The notes under the pieces were generated by a model. The model was not told where the DNA came from. It saw nothing but the letters and a program-made list of their open reading frames with translations, and ran no database searches. The position numbers were made by a program, and so were the translations under genes. 64,000 nt of DNA from a virus (Duplodnaviria > Heunggongvirae > Uroviricota > Caudoviricetes). The stretch is taken from the IMG/VR virus record IMGVR_UViG_3300029745_000341, positions 1-64,000 of that record; one strand, given 5' to 3'. Shown here piece after piece: positions 55,623-64,000 of the stretch; position 1 is the first letter of the stretch, and the number at the start of each line of letters is the position of its first letter.

Positions 55623-58600
55623 TCCTTATTTAACTCATTTATCGAATCCGAATTATCAGAACCTTCTACGAGATTCTTATTCCTATCTATCTCTTCCTGG
55701 CTCATATTACTCATCATATTTTGTATTTTTCTACCAGATTGAGATAAAGAGCGGATGAATGCACTGGAACTTATCTTAACTCCAAGATCCGGTTTTGCCC
55801 TAAACGCTTCACCGGTACTGATATTATACAAATCATACACACCTGAGTTCATATAGAATTTATATATCCAGTTTCCACCAGCTTTTTTGTACCCTAATTT
55901 GGTTAACTCGACTACACTCATACCAAATTTAATGCCATTACGACCCATTATCTTCTCTGGTATAGGTTCTACCTTAGCCGGAACAGATGTATATGCTTCA
56001 TCACCGCCGTACAGGAAATAAGGAGATGTTACCCTTGATATGTGAGTAAGCGGTTCTTCGGATATACGAGGTTCGTCTTTTTCTATTTCTCCTTTTGTAG
56101 ATCCAGGTAATTCGACATTTCCTTCAACTTCGACATTTGTTCTGGATTGTCCTTTGCCTTCTCCATCTCCCTTTTTATCGCCATCTTCCTCAGTGCGTAC
56201 TGCACCGCCTTCTGCACTTCCTTCTTTTCCATCATTTAAAATATTATCTGATTCTGACTCTATAGACTCCACGACAGCATCATACTCTGGTATGCCGCTA
56301 AGGAAATCTGCTACGTTATTCAAAAACTCTATTTTTTCCTCGTTTGTCATATCAAGGCTTTCCACGGGCTCCCATATGGCAGGCAAGTTGTTTGATTTTA
56401 TTGCAGTAGAAACATCTTCTACAGTTTTATTATCCACCGTAGGCAAAACTTTAGAAACCAAACTATTGATATCAGATTCCATTTTTTCTACTTCCTCTTT
56501 TGTGCCATATTCTTTTAGGGTATCCATGCCATTGACTCTAAGAGAATAATTCAAAGCCTTACTCGGAACAAAATTAATATATTTCAAAAAGTTTTTCAAC
56601 TCTGATATAATTTGTTCGTCAGATCTTGGCCCAACATAATCAACCACCACCTGATCTGTTTGAGAACGAAGCCAAGAAACGTATTCATCTAAGGTCTTAC
56701 CACCTTTCTTAGAAGGAGTGGATATCCTATCCCCTACTGTTCCTTTAGGTTCTAATCCCATTTCCTCCTTAAGACTTTTAGGATTACCTCTCTCACGAAG
56801 AAACCTCAAGTCACCTCCTACAATCTTCCTTGCTATAAAATCAAAAATATTAGCATAAGGCGGCAATCCCTCTTTTTCTGTATGAGATTCTATTTCACTC
56901 AACATGATAGAGAAGTTTTTCCTGGAGGTACGCTTCTTGCCAGGTAAAGACTGCGCAGCTTGTGCCGCAGGAGCCGGCTGAGCTAATGGCGCCGGCTGAG
57001 TCTCCCGGACAGCCCCTTCCTCTGGAATTTCCTCTTCGTAAACTTCCACGTCTTCCTTAGAAGTAACGGTCTTACCCTCATCAGAGAAAGGAAGATCATC
57101 CTCTATAAGTGACTTAGGTCTGGAAGATGATTTACCAAACTGGATCCTGATCTTAGGAGCGACAAACATCTCACCTTCGAAATCTATTCCAGATTCTACT
57201 TCAGACGTCACAATGTCTTTAACGCTCCTACTTCCATCTTCTACCCACTTAACAACATCAGGAACCGTAGATAATTTTTCTATAGCCTCACGAGCTTTTC
57301 TAAGCCCTGAAATAGGATTCAAGTACGATACTTGATACGAAGCCGGATCAAGACCTAACTTGGTTAGATACGCATTAAGATCTTGTATATCATCTTGACC
57401 CATCTGTAGCAATTCAGAATCACCAGATTCAAGCAGCATATCTATAAAAGACATCCATTTCTGCCCTTCCTCTGATTCTACAGAACGTAGGCTAACTGGG
57501 AAAAGATAGTTAAGACCGTTTTTACCTTTGATGACAACTACCGGAACTCTTACATTTTTGTAATTACTCCCCTTGTCATTTAATATAAAATAAGCAAATG
57601 GGAAGCCTGTGTATTTAGATCCGTTCTTAAGCACGACTTTGCCATTTAATACATATCCAACATCAGATACTTTTTCAGCACCTTTTTCGGTAATAGGGAG
57701 ATTTTCTACCTGGCCATATCCTTGACCGTTTACCTTCATGTTAAACACCGGTCTTCCGGGGAGGGTCTGGGCAACAACATGCGTTCCGACGCCGATGGTG
57801 GCCGACCGACCAGCATCTTCCTTCCACTTGTTAAAAGCCGTTCTTCTTATTTTACTTATACCGTCTATGCCCCCTGTGTCGGCTTTTACAACAGAAACGA
57901 ATCTGTTCCCACTCATGACCTTGATAACCATATTGGACACCAGTTTATTCTCAGCAGATTCTATTCTTTTTTTATCGCCGGACTGAACAGCATCATTGTA
58001 TTCGGCAAAAAGAGACTGATTATAGGTATCATTTACATCTATTTCGAGATTAACCTTATCTCCTTTTTTCAAAGAAGATAATGCTTCCTGATCTATTTTA
58101 TCTACCTCATTCTCTCCGAATCCGACACCTGTTCTGTACGGAACCAATTCATCTGAATCAAGACGCTTATAAACCAAAGAATAGGAATTACCCACGTCCT
58201 GAATAGACACATCTGTGTAACGGTTAAGAACACGAGCCGATTCTTTGTCTATAGACCATCTCGCATGATAAGGCAGTTCAATTATAGTAGCCGTTTCTCC
58301 ACCTATGTTAAGAGAATACCTTTTAGTACCATTAGCGTTCGTTTCAGAGCTTATTTGAATAGGAACCAATGATTTTATAGAAGATATAAATTTATCGGCT
58401 CTAAGACCGGCAATTTCATACCTTTCATTGCCGTCGTTGGAGATTCTTCTTACCATCAACGTCTCTGGATTCTGGGCGCTATCTATATTGGCTCCCGGCG
58501 TATTATCGGATTCGTCTAACTCATTTACAAGAGAATCTATATTAGCATCATCCTCCCCAAAATTACTTAACGTAGATTCGGAAATACGACCTTTATCAAT

Positions 58601-61600
58601 AATCCTGTTTTGTTCGATATAAGGAAGGAGATCTGTGATGTTTCCAACTTGGCCAAGATCTTCTATAGTAAATACCGAATCAGCAAGCTTATCTTCGTCA
58701 ACTTCCTCCCCTTTATCTCGTCTGTTCATTATATCAACATACGAAGAAATAGCATCATCAAGTTCCTTCCTTTGATCTGGTTCCAAATTAGATTTAGCCA
58801 TATCAATAATAGCTTTATTATCCTCATACACAGGTCTCGGACTTGTAAGCCTATCAGCCTTTTCAGATAATGATTTTATGAGATTAACGGGACTGTCACC
58901 TAAAGACGATACATAATCATCAAAATCTTGTTTGTATTTATCATACACATCTTTTTCCCTCGCAGTAAGAAGATCGGCATTCCCTGTATATAGTTTATCA
59001 ATTATAGACTGCCTTACAACCGGAACCATAATAGGATTATCCATAGCAGCCTCATAATCTTCATCCGATACAGACTCCGTAAGCGGTGACTCTTTTATAT
59101 CGTCTTCTGCTTCCTTCATCCTATCTTCCCTTACTTTATCAAGAGCATGCATAAAAGCCTTGATAGTCCAAGCTTCGTCTTCCGAAATCTTACCTTCTGA
59201 CACAGCTTGATCTACTACCTCATCAGTGTCATATTCACCAACTTTATTAGGCTCTGCAAAATCAGGAACCTTGTCATCCCCTTTATAAGGAGTAGACCAG
59301 AGAGAAGACAGCGCTTTTGAAAATCCCCTGTTTTCGTCAGCTAAGAATCTTTTATCAAGCATCTTAGACAAGAAGTTATTCATATTCCTATAGTCCATCA
59401 AACTCCTACGGTATTCATTTACCAAGGATCTCATGGCTTTGTCTTTGGCTGTAAACTTCTTTTCCTGTCTTGATTTTACATTAAAATAATCATCAAAAGC
59501 CACAAGCGTATCATAGGCTTCTATTACATCTTGTGAACTTATGGGAGAAAGAGGCGATGATAAAACAGATTCGGTTTTACTTACCAACTCTTCTATCGAA
59601 AACTCTTTTCCTATTAACGTTGATAACTCAGACAACGAATTGTTATAATTGGTTCTAAGACTTTCCAATTCTTTGGTTTTTCGTTGTATGGATTCAGCTT
59701 GTGGATCTTTCCCTTCTACGTTACGAGGGCGGGTAGCAAGATCTTCTATTTCGGATTCAAGTTCTTCTATCCTTGACCGTATGCCACGGATAGCCATCGC
59801 CCGCTCCCTTGCCCTGTCTGACAGCCGGGAGAACGTACTTAGTGCATATGCCACGCGAGGCTGACCCGAAAGCGTTTCTATGACAGAAGCTATGTCTTTC
59901 ATTCTTGATTCCGATTGAAGACCAAGAAAAGCATTACGAGCCACGTATTTTCTAAACTCAATCTTAGAATCATCACCTATAAGATCTTCGGCAAAACTCT
60001 GGGCAGATCTGAAATCCGAAAGACGATTATTATAATTATCAATAATAGAATCCTTGTATTTCTTTGCCTCTTCCAAAGACATTCCGTTGGCTTCGGCTAT
60101 TTCCGAAATAGGCATCATATCAACCATCTGCCTGAGATTTTCAGCCGAATCCTCTAAGGTTCCCATTTGGTTGTCAATCGACATCTTTTCAAACATTGCA
60201 TCATCAAGCTCCTTGCCGGTCATAGACTGAGCATCGGAACGAACTTGAGGCCCTAAACTCATTGACTTTTTCAACGTATTCAAAGCCGCCGTGTTAAGAT
60301 TAGAAGATGCTTTGTTATATTCATTCACTTGCCTTTCCAGCAATATCTGATTATTACTATACTCTTTCACCCCAAAAAAGCCTTCCCTCATACCGAACAA
60401 AGAACCGATAATAGCACCGATTCCTATTTCAGTCCATCCTTCTTTAGACGTATATTGCTTTTTAAATCCTTCAGAAATAGCATCAAGAACATCAACGGCT
60501 CCGTTCATGGCGACATTATCATATCTTGACTTAACATATTCCTCAGCCGTATTCTGGACAGCACCTTGAGATCCTTCTTCCCATAAGCCTTCAGATACCG
60601 GTCTTTTCATGATATTGAAAACATTGCCTGCTATCTTCTGTCCTATATTGGGATTGGTTATTTTAATAGCCATCTCTCCCGGCTTCGCAACTTTCGTCCT
60701 TAATCCAAATAAATACTTGTTGAGCTTCTTTTCCAAACCAGGTATAGCCTTGCCTCCTGACCCTATATACTTACCAAAAAGAAGCCAGTTGGATAATCCT
60801 ATTATACCCATATTGGCGGCAAATATAGCACTACCTACATCAGCATTAGAATTACGAAAAACAGCCATTTCCTCTGCATTGGGATCACGACCATAAATCT
60901 TACGATAATAATCCTTGAAATCAGACTCGGATTGCTTCATAAAAGAATTTGCTTCAACCGATGACTCGAATCCGGCACTGGTAGCCAGCAACGTCATGGT
61001 CTTAGCCGCCTTCCCTACATTTCTTCCGATGGCAACTCCTTTTCTTACATAGTCGTTAAACACGCTTTTAAGGCTTCCTATGCCCCTATTGGCAGCTTGC
61101 CTTGCTGCCAACTTAGCTCCGATTCTTCCTCCTAATTTAGCACCTATATTGCCCAATGATCCAACTCCAAGTCCTCCGGTTATGTACGCTGATATCATAG
61201 CTCCTACGGTAAAAGACATACCATTACCAAGGACATCATTCCATAAGAAATTACCGGTATCATTAAAAAGCTTCTGGCCGAAATTATAATCTTCTACCTC
61301 TTTCTTGTAATAATGAGGAAGAAGCATGTCTATTTGCTGGTCAAGATCACCTACAAACTTATCCATGTTAGTATTTAACGCAGCTTTGTAACTTCCCTCA
61401 GATGCCATATTGATAAGTTTGTCAGGCAATGACACAACTCCTTGTGCGCCGTACAATGCAGACTTTAAAGCGAATTTGCCTACACCATTCCAAAACTTAC
61501 TCCATCCGCTCTGTCTCCTGGCATAATAATCCTCATTATTTATACCCGAAATATAGTTGGGATATTTTGTACGCCATACCCCATCATTACCCATCTGATG

Positions 61601-61948
61601 ACTTTCACGGATACTTACCTTCGGTCCATAGGGATTAAGGGGCGGCGGGGCAGGTGTAGCCCCCCTGTAGCTGTTACGAGCCAGTGCCTCCGAGTAGCTG
61701 TTGCTTATCTCCTTGGCTATATACGGCTCTTCGTATTCGGCAGCAGCTATCCTTGATGCGTAATCTGGAAATTTAGGTTGGGCATACACACCTTCACCAG
61801 GCATATAATTAGGAACCAGAGGCGTTGTCGTCTCTGGCAATGTAGCCGGAGTGTAATTCTCTTCTTCGGCTAATTTCCTTTGCCTTGCCACATCTTCGTA
61901 AGTGGTTTTAGCAGCAGGATTATATCTATCTATATTATTGTCAGCCAT
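55616..61948 (-). CDS. Giant virion protein (2110 aa) with Gly-rich hydrophobic N-terminal segments and long coiled coils
   Basis: 6.3-kb ORF. The N-terminal 450 aa contain GxxxG-type glycine-zipper TM-like stretches (GIGSLGNIGAKLGGRIGAKLAARQAANRG). Confidence 0.85.
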   Translation of the reverse strand: MADNNIDRYNPAAKTTYEDVARQRKLAEEENYTPATLPETTTPLVPNYMPGEGVYAQPKFPDYASRIAAAEYEEPYIAKEISNSYSEALARNSYRGATPAPPPLNPYGPKVSIRESHQMGNDGVWRTKYPNYISGINNEDYYARRQSGWSKFWNGVGKFALKSALYGAQGVVSLPDKLINMASEGSYKAALNTNMDKFVGDLDQQIDMLLPHYYKKEVEDYNFGQKLFNDTGNFLWNDVLGNGMSFTVGAMISAYITGGLGVGSLGNIGAKLGGRIGAKLAARQAANRGIGSLKSVFNDYVRKGVAIGRNVGKAAKTMTLLATSAGFESSVEANSFMKQSESDFKDYYRKIYGRDPNAEEMAVFRNSNADVGSAIFAANMGIIGLSNWLLFGKYIGSGGKAIPGLEKKLNKYLFGLRTKVAKPGEMAIKITNPNIGQKIAGNVFNIMKRPVSEGLWEEGSQGAVQNTAEEYVKSRYDNVAMNGAVDVLDAISEGFKKQYTSKEGWTEIGIGAIIGSLFGMREGFFGVKEYSNNQILLERQVNEYNKASSNLNTAALNTLKKSMSLGPQVRSDAQSMTGKELDDAMFEKMSIDNQMGTLEDSAENLRQMVDMMPISEIAEANGMSLEEAKKYKDSIIDNYNNRLSDFRSAQSFAEDLIGDDSKIEFRKYVARNAFLGLQSESRMKDIASVIETLSGQPRVAYALSTFSRLSDRARERAMAIRGIRSRIEELESEIEDLATRPRNVEGKDPQAESIQRKTKELESLRTNYNNSLSELSTLIGKEFSIEELVSKTESVLSSPLSPISSQDVIEAYDTLVAFDDYFNVKSRQEKKFTAKDKAMRSLVNEYRRSLMDYRNMNNFLSKMLDKRFLADENRGFSKALSSLWSTPYKGDDKVPDFAEPNKVGEYDTDEVVDQAVSEGKISEDEAWTIKAFMHALDKVREDRMKEAEDDIKESPLTESVSDEDYEAAMDNPIMVPVVRQSIIDKLYTGNADLLTAREKDVYDKYKQDFDDYVSSLGDSPVNLIKSLSEKADRLTSPRPVYEDNKAIIDMAKSNLEPDQRKELDDAISSYVDIMNRRDKGEEVDEDKLADSVFTIEDLGQVGNITDLLPYIEQNRIIDKGRISESTLSNFGEDDANIDSLVNELDESDNTPGANIDSAQNPETLMVRRISNDGNERYEIAGLRADKFISSIKSLVPIQISSETNANGTKRYSLNIGGETATIIELPYHARWSIDKESARVLNRYTDVSIQDVGNSYSLVYKRLDSDELVPYRTGVGFGENEVDKIDQEALSSLKKGDKVNLEIDVNDTYNQSLFAEYNDAVQSGDKKRIESAENKLVSNMVIKVMSGNRFVSVVKADTGGIDGISKIRRTAFNKWKEDAGRSATIGVGTHVVAQTLPGRPVFNMKVNGQGYGQVENLPITEKGAEKVSDVGYVLNGKVVLKNGSKYTGFPFAYFILNDKGSNYKNVRVPVVVIKGKNGLNYLFPVSLRSVESEEGQKWMSFIDMLLESGDSELLQMGQDDIQDLNAYLTKLGLDPASYQVSYLNPISGLRKAREAIEKLSTVPDVVKWVEDGSRSVKDIVTSEVESGIDFEGEMFVAPKIRIQFGKSSSRPKSLIEDDLPFSDEGKTVTSKEDVEVYEEEIPEEGAVRETQPAPLAQPAPAAQAAQSLPGKKRTSRKNFSIMLSEIESHTEKEGLPPYANIFDFIARKIVGGDLRFLRERGNPKSLKEEMGLEPKGTVGDRISTPSKKGGKTLDEYVSWLRSQTDQVVVDYVGPRSDEQIISELKNFLKYINFVPSKALNYSLRVNGMDTLKEYGTKEEVEKMESDINSLVSKVLPTVDNKTVEDVSTAIKSNNLPAIWEPVESLDMTNEEKIEFLNNVADFLSGIPEYDAVVESIESESDNILNDGKEGSAEGGAVRTEEDGDKKGDGEGKGQSRTNVEVEGNVELPGSTKGEIEKDEPRISEEPLTHISRVTSPYFLYGGDEAYTSVPAKVEPIPEKIMGRNGIKFGMSVVELTKLGYKKAGGNWIYKFYMNSGVYDLYNISTGEAFRAKPDLGVKISSSAFIRSLSQSGRKIQNMMSNMSQEEIDRNKNLVEGSDNSDSINELNKEC

Positions 61949-64000
61949 AAATTTTCTGCAAAAAATCGTTCAACTTACTAAACTTGTCATTCATATTGGG
62001 CGTGATATTTATTCCTCTCATATACGGATCCCTCATCTGATCAAGACGTTCTTGAACAGCCTCCTTCACGTATTTTACAAAGAAGTACTGAGGACACTTC
62101 TGGTGAATGCTATTCCAGTAATCCGCATACTCATCATTACCTGGATCCAAAGGAACAAAATCCGAGAACAACAATGCAGGATTTTTAGAATTTTTAGTCC
62201 TTTTGTCATAGAAATTGACCGCTACCTCTCTCGAACCCCTGTCATCCATTCCTTCCAACTGAACTGATATGTTATCAGACATGTCAATAAAATTATCAAC
62301 AAGGGTTTTAACAACATTCATTTCTTCTGGCTTAAGGTAAGAACCATGAACCTTTACTATATCATAAAGATCATTCTTAACATCGGCCTTAGAAGCCAAA
62401 CGGGGAAGACCATTACGTATAAGATACTTATCATAAGAATAACCTTCCTTCTTTCCGGTATCTACAAAATCACAGGTTCCAAAACTTGATTTGTAACCAT
62501 CCACCGGATAATTACGCTCCTCGACAGAAGGATCTATACCCGCCTTAAGAAGCTCGTCATTCGTAATCTCAACCCTTTCTATAACATAAGAATTTTTACC
62601 GGAACCTACTTGAGCAGTCAAGAATCTTCTAACAGTGCCATTATCTATCTCGGCATCCATATTAATGGCATTAATAGCAGTAGGATCCAGATTATTTACC
62701 TTTCCTGCCATGTAACCAGACAATCTTCTAAACTGAGCCTTCTGCAAAGACTTTTCCGGTGAATCGGCATTCCAATTGTATCTTTTGTAAGAATCAAGGT
62801 AATGATACTGAGACAACTTATCAGAAATCTGATCGGGAGATACAGACATTTTTATCTCGTCCTGCATCCGACCCGCTATCATATCAGACACCCTACTATT
62901 TTTCTCAGCATATCTTAGCTGGGTAATAGTTAATGGTTCACCCTCCTGATAATCTTTTAAATCTATATCACCATCCTTATCTATGGTAATATAATCAGAT
63001 ATATTAAAATCAGGATCGCCATTGAGTTTCTTCATTCCATTAATAAGAGCCAATGTACCGGTAGAAGAACCATTATTCTCGCCTGTAATAGCATCAGATA
63101 TGTTTTCCCACAACTTGCCGGCACTCACATTAGCTCTTAATGACGGAGATGTAGCACTAAGAATATCTATTCCTCTTGAAGGGCCCATCATGTATTCTCT
63201 GAACCCTACGACATCAGATACACCAGTTGTTATGGCTGTGGCGAGTAGGAAGGCTCCAGCCTTGTCATCTGTATCGGTAAGATTTATAAAAGAATTTCCT
63301 TTCATAAACTTAGCATTACGAACTTTACTGATAATATCCTTATTTTTTTTAGTAACTATATTATCTATTTGATAATCAGTTATGTTATTTATAGCCTTTG
63401 CAGCTCCATTTGCCTTAGAATCAGAAAGAAGTAAAGCATCATAAGCTTCAGACAATCTGTTATTTCCTTGTCCGAAATATCCGTTTTTCTGACCTCCATT
63501 ATTTTTTAAATAAGAATATATCCGTTCTTCAGGAGTCATATTATCATACAATCCTGGGTCAGTTTTTTCTTCTTCGTATGATGCTTCAACGATATTACTT
63601 CTGTCTGTAGGAGATAATGAATTATATAATTTCAATAAATTTGCTCTACGCTCTGTGGAAGAAGATGTGAGTTGTTCATAAGGGATATTAGCCAAATTAA
63701 CAGATCCTATCTTACCCGTTCCAGAATTGATAACCGTAGGCCCGTCCATAGGAGCCATCGGCACTCCTACACCGCCTGTTCCTCTTGTGCCTCCGGATGA
63801 GCTTTCAGTGCCCATCTTGGAACCGTGAGTACGCATGTATTCGGTTTCAATCTTAGCCTGAGCAAGCTGCTCATTCGCCAATGATATTTCAACCATAGAC
63901 TTGGCATTATCAGTCAAAAACTTTTGCTGAGCCCTATCCTCTGCCAACCTTGCAAAATAAAGATCATCTTTCTTCCTTTCAAAACTTGTATTGTCGTATC
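61941..64000 (-). CDS. Large virion protein, 5'-partial (at least 686 aa in the window)
   Basis: The reading frame remains open to the window edge. The track's start at 63947 is a TTG, and the true start is presumably outside the window. Confidence 0.75.
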   Translation of the reverse strand, partial: YDNTSFERKKDDLYFARLAEDRAQQKFLTDNAKSMVEISLANEQLAQAKIETEYMRTHGSKMGTESSSGGTRGTGGVGVPMAPMDGPTVINSGTGKIGSVNLANIPYEQLTSSSTERRANLLKLYNSLSPTDRSNIVEASYEEEKTDPGLYDNMTPEERIYSYLKNNGGQKNGYFGQGNNRLSEAYDALLLSDSKANGAAKAINNITDYQIDNIVTKKNKDIISKVRNAKFMKGNSFINLTDTDDKAGAFLLATAITTGVSDVVGFREYMMGPSRGIDILSATSPSLRANVSAGKLWENISDAITGENNGSSTGTLALINGMKKLNGDPDFNISDYITIDKDGDIDLKDYQEGEPLTITQLRYAEKNSRVSDMIAGRMQDEIKMSVSPDQISDKLSQYHYLDSYKRYNWNADSPEKSLQKAQFRRLSGYMAGKVNNLDPTAINAINMDAEIDNGTVRRFLTAQVGSGKNSYVIERVEITNDELLKAGIDPSVEERNYPVDGYKSSFGTCDFVDTGKKEGYSYDKYLIRNGLPRLASKADVKNDLYDIVKVHGSYLKPEEMNVVKTLVDNFIDMSDNISVQLEGMDDRGSREVAVNFYDKRTKNSKNPALLFSDFVPLDPGNDEYADYWNSIHQKCPQYFFVKYVKEAVQERLDQMRDPYMRGINITPNMNDKFSKLNDFLQKIYG

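Noticed and set aside
36448-61948. Virion RNA polymerase call for the 2140-aa and 2110-aa proteins
   Set aside because: No DxDGD / NADFDGD-type catalytic motif was found in either giant ORF by eye, so a virion RNA polymerase call is not supported. It remains only a hypothesis in the findings.
1-64000. CRISPR arrays, rRNA genes, integrase or recombinase, terminase, portal and major capsid genes
   Set aside because: No regularly spaced short repeats, no rRNA-like sequence, and no ORF with tyrosine or serine recombinase, terminase ATPase, portal or HK97/MCP motifs was recognised in this window.

Overview
AT-rich, Bacteroidales-type phage or prophage sequence in three blocks.

- **1-5.8 kb, accessory / lysogeny-like region.** It holds a toxin-first HigB-HigA toxin-antitoxin pair followed by two tandem 34-aa membrane peptides. 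A two-gene cassette (membrane protein plus 101-aa protein) sits between two copies of a 34-bp hairpin repeat. Further right are three secreted/lipoprotein genes, a repressor-like HTH gene transcribed divergently from small plus-strand genes (one AlpA/Xis-like), and a tRNA-Met (CAT). The region ends in an oddly structured non-coding stretch with paired terminator-like hairpins and a 43-bp direct repeat. No integrase lies inside the window.

- **5.8-35.7 kb, plus-strand early / DNA-metabolism block.** Recognisable products are RecT, a YqaJ exonuclease, a nucleotidyltransferase-fold protein, a standalone ABC-type ATPase, DUF551 paralogs, an HNH-like protein, a primase-like protein (Zn-ribbon plus TOPRIM), a DnaB-like helicase, a Cas4-like Fe-S nuclease, an SF2 helicase and a Dcm C5-methyltransferase. 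Embedded in it is an overlapping four-gene cassette: unknown 237-aa protein, acyl carrier protein, NfeD, flotillin (SPFH). No DNA polymerase is present.

- **35.8-64 kb, minus-strand late / virion block.** It contains two giant ORFs (2140 and 2110 aa), a 759-aa ORF and a 5'-partial ORF of at least 686 aa, reminiscent of crAss-like tail and ejected cargo proteins. Also present are a protein with a C-terminal DUF2829 (Tad2-like) domain, an inserted IS605-family TnpB element, an RG-rich protein, a Gly/Asn/Cys-rich membrane protein, and an AT-rich islet carrying a split Bro-N/KilA-N::T5orf172 (GIY-YIG-like) gene.

No CRISPR array, rRNA, terminase, portal or major capsid gene was seen in the window.
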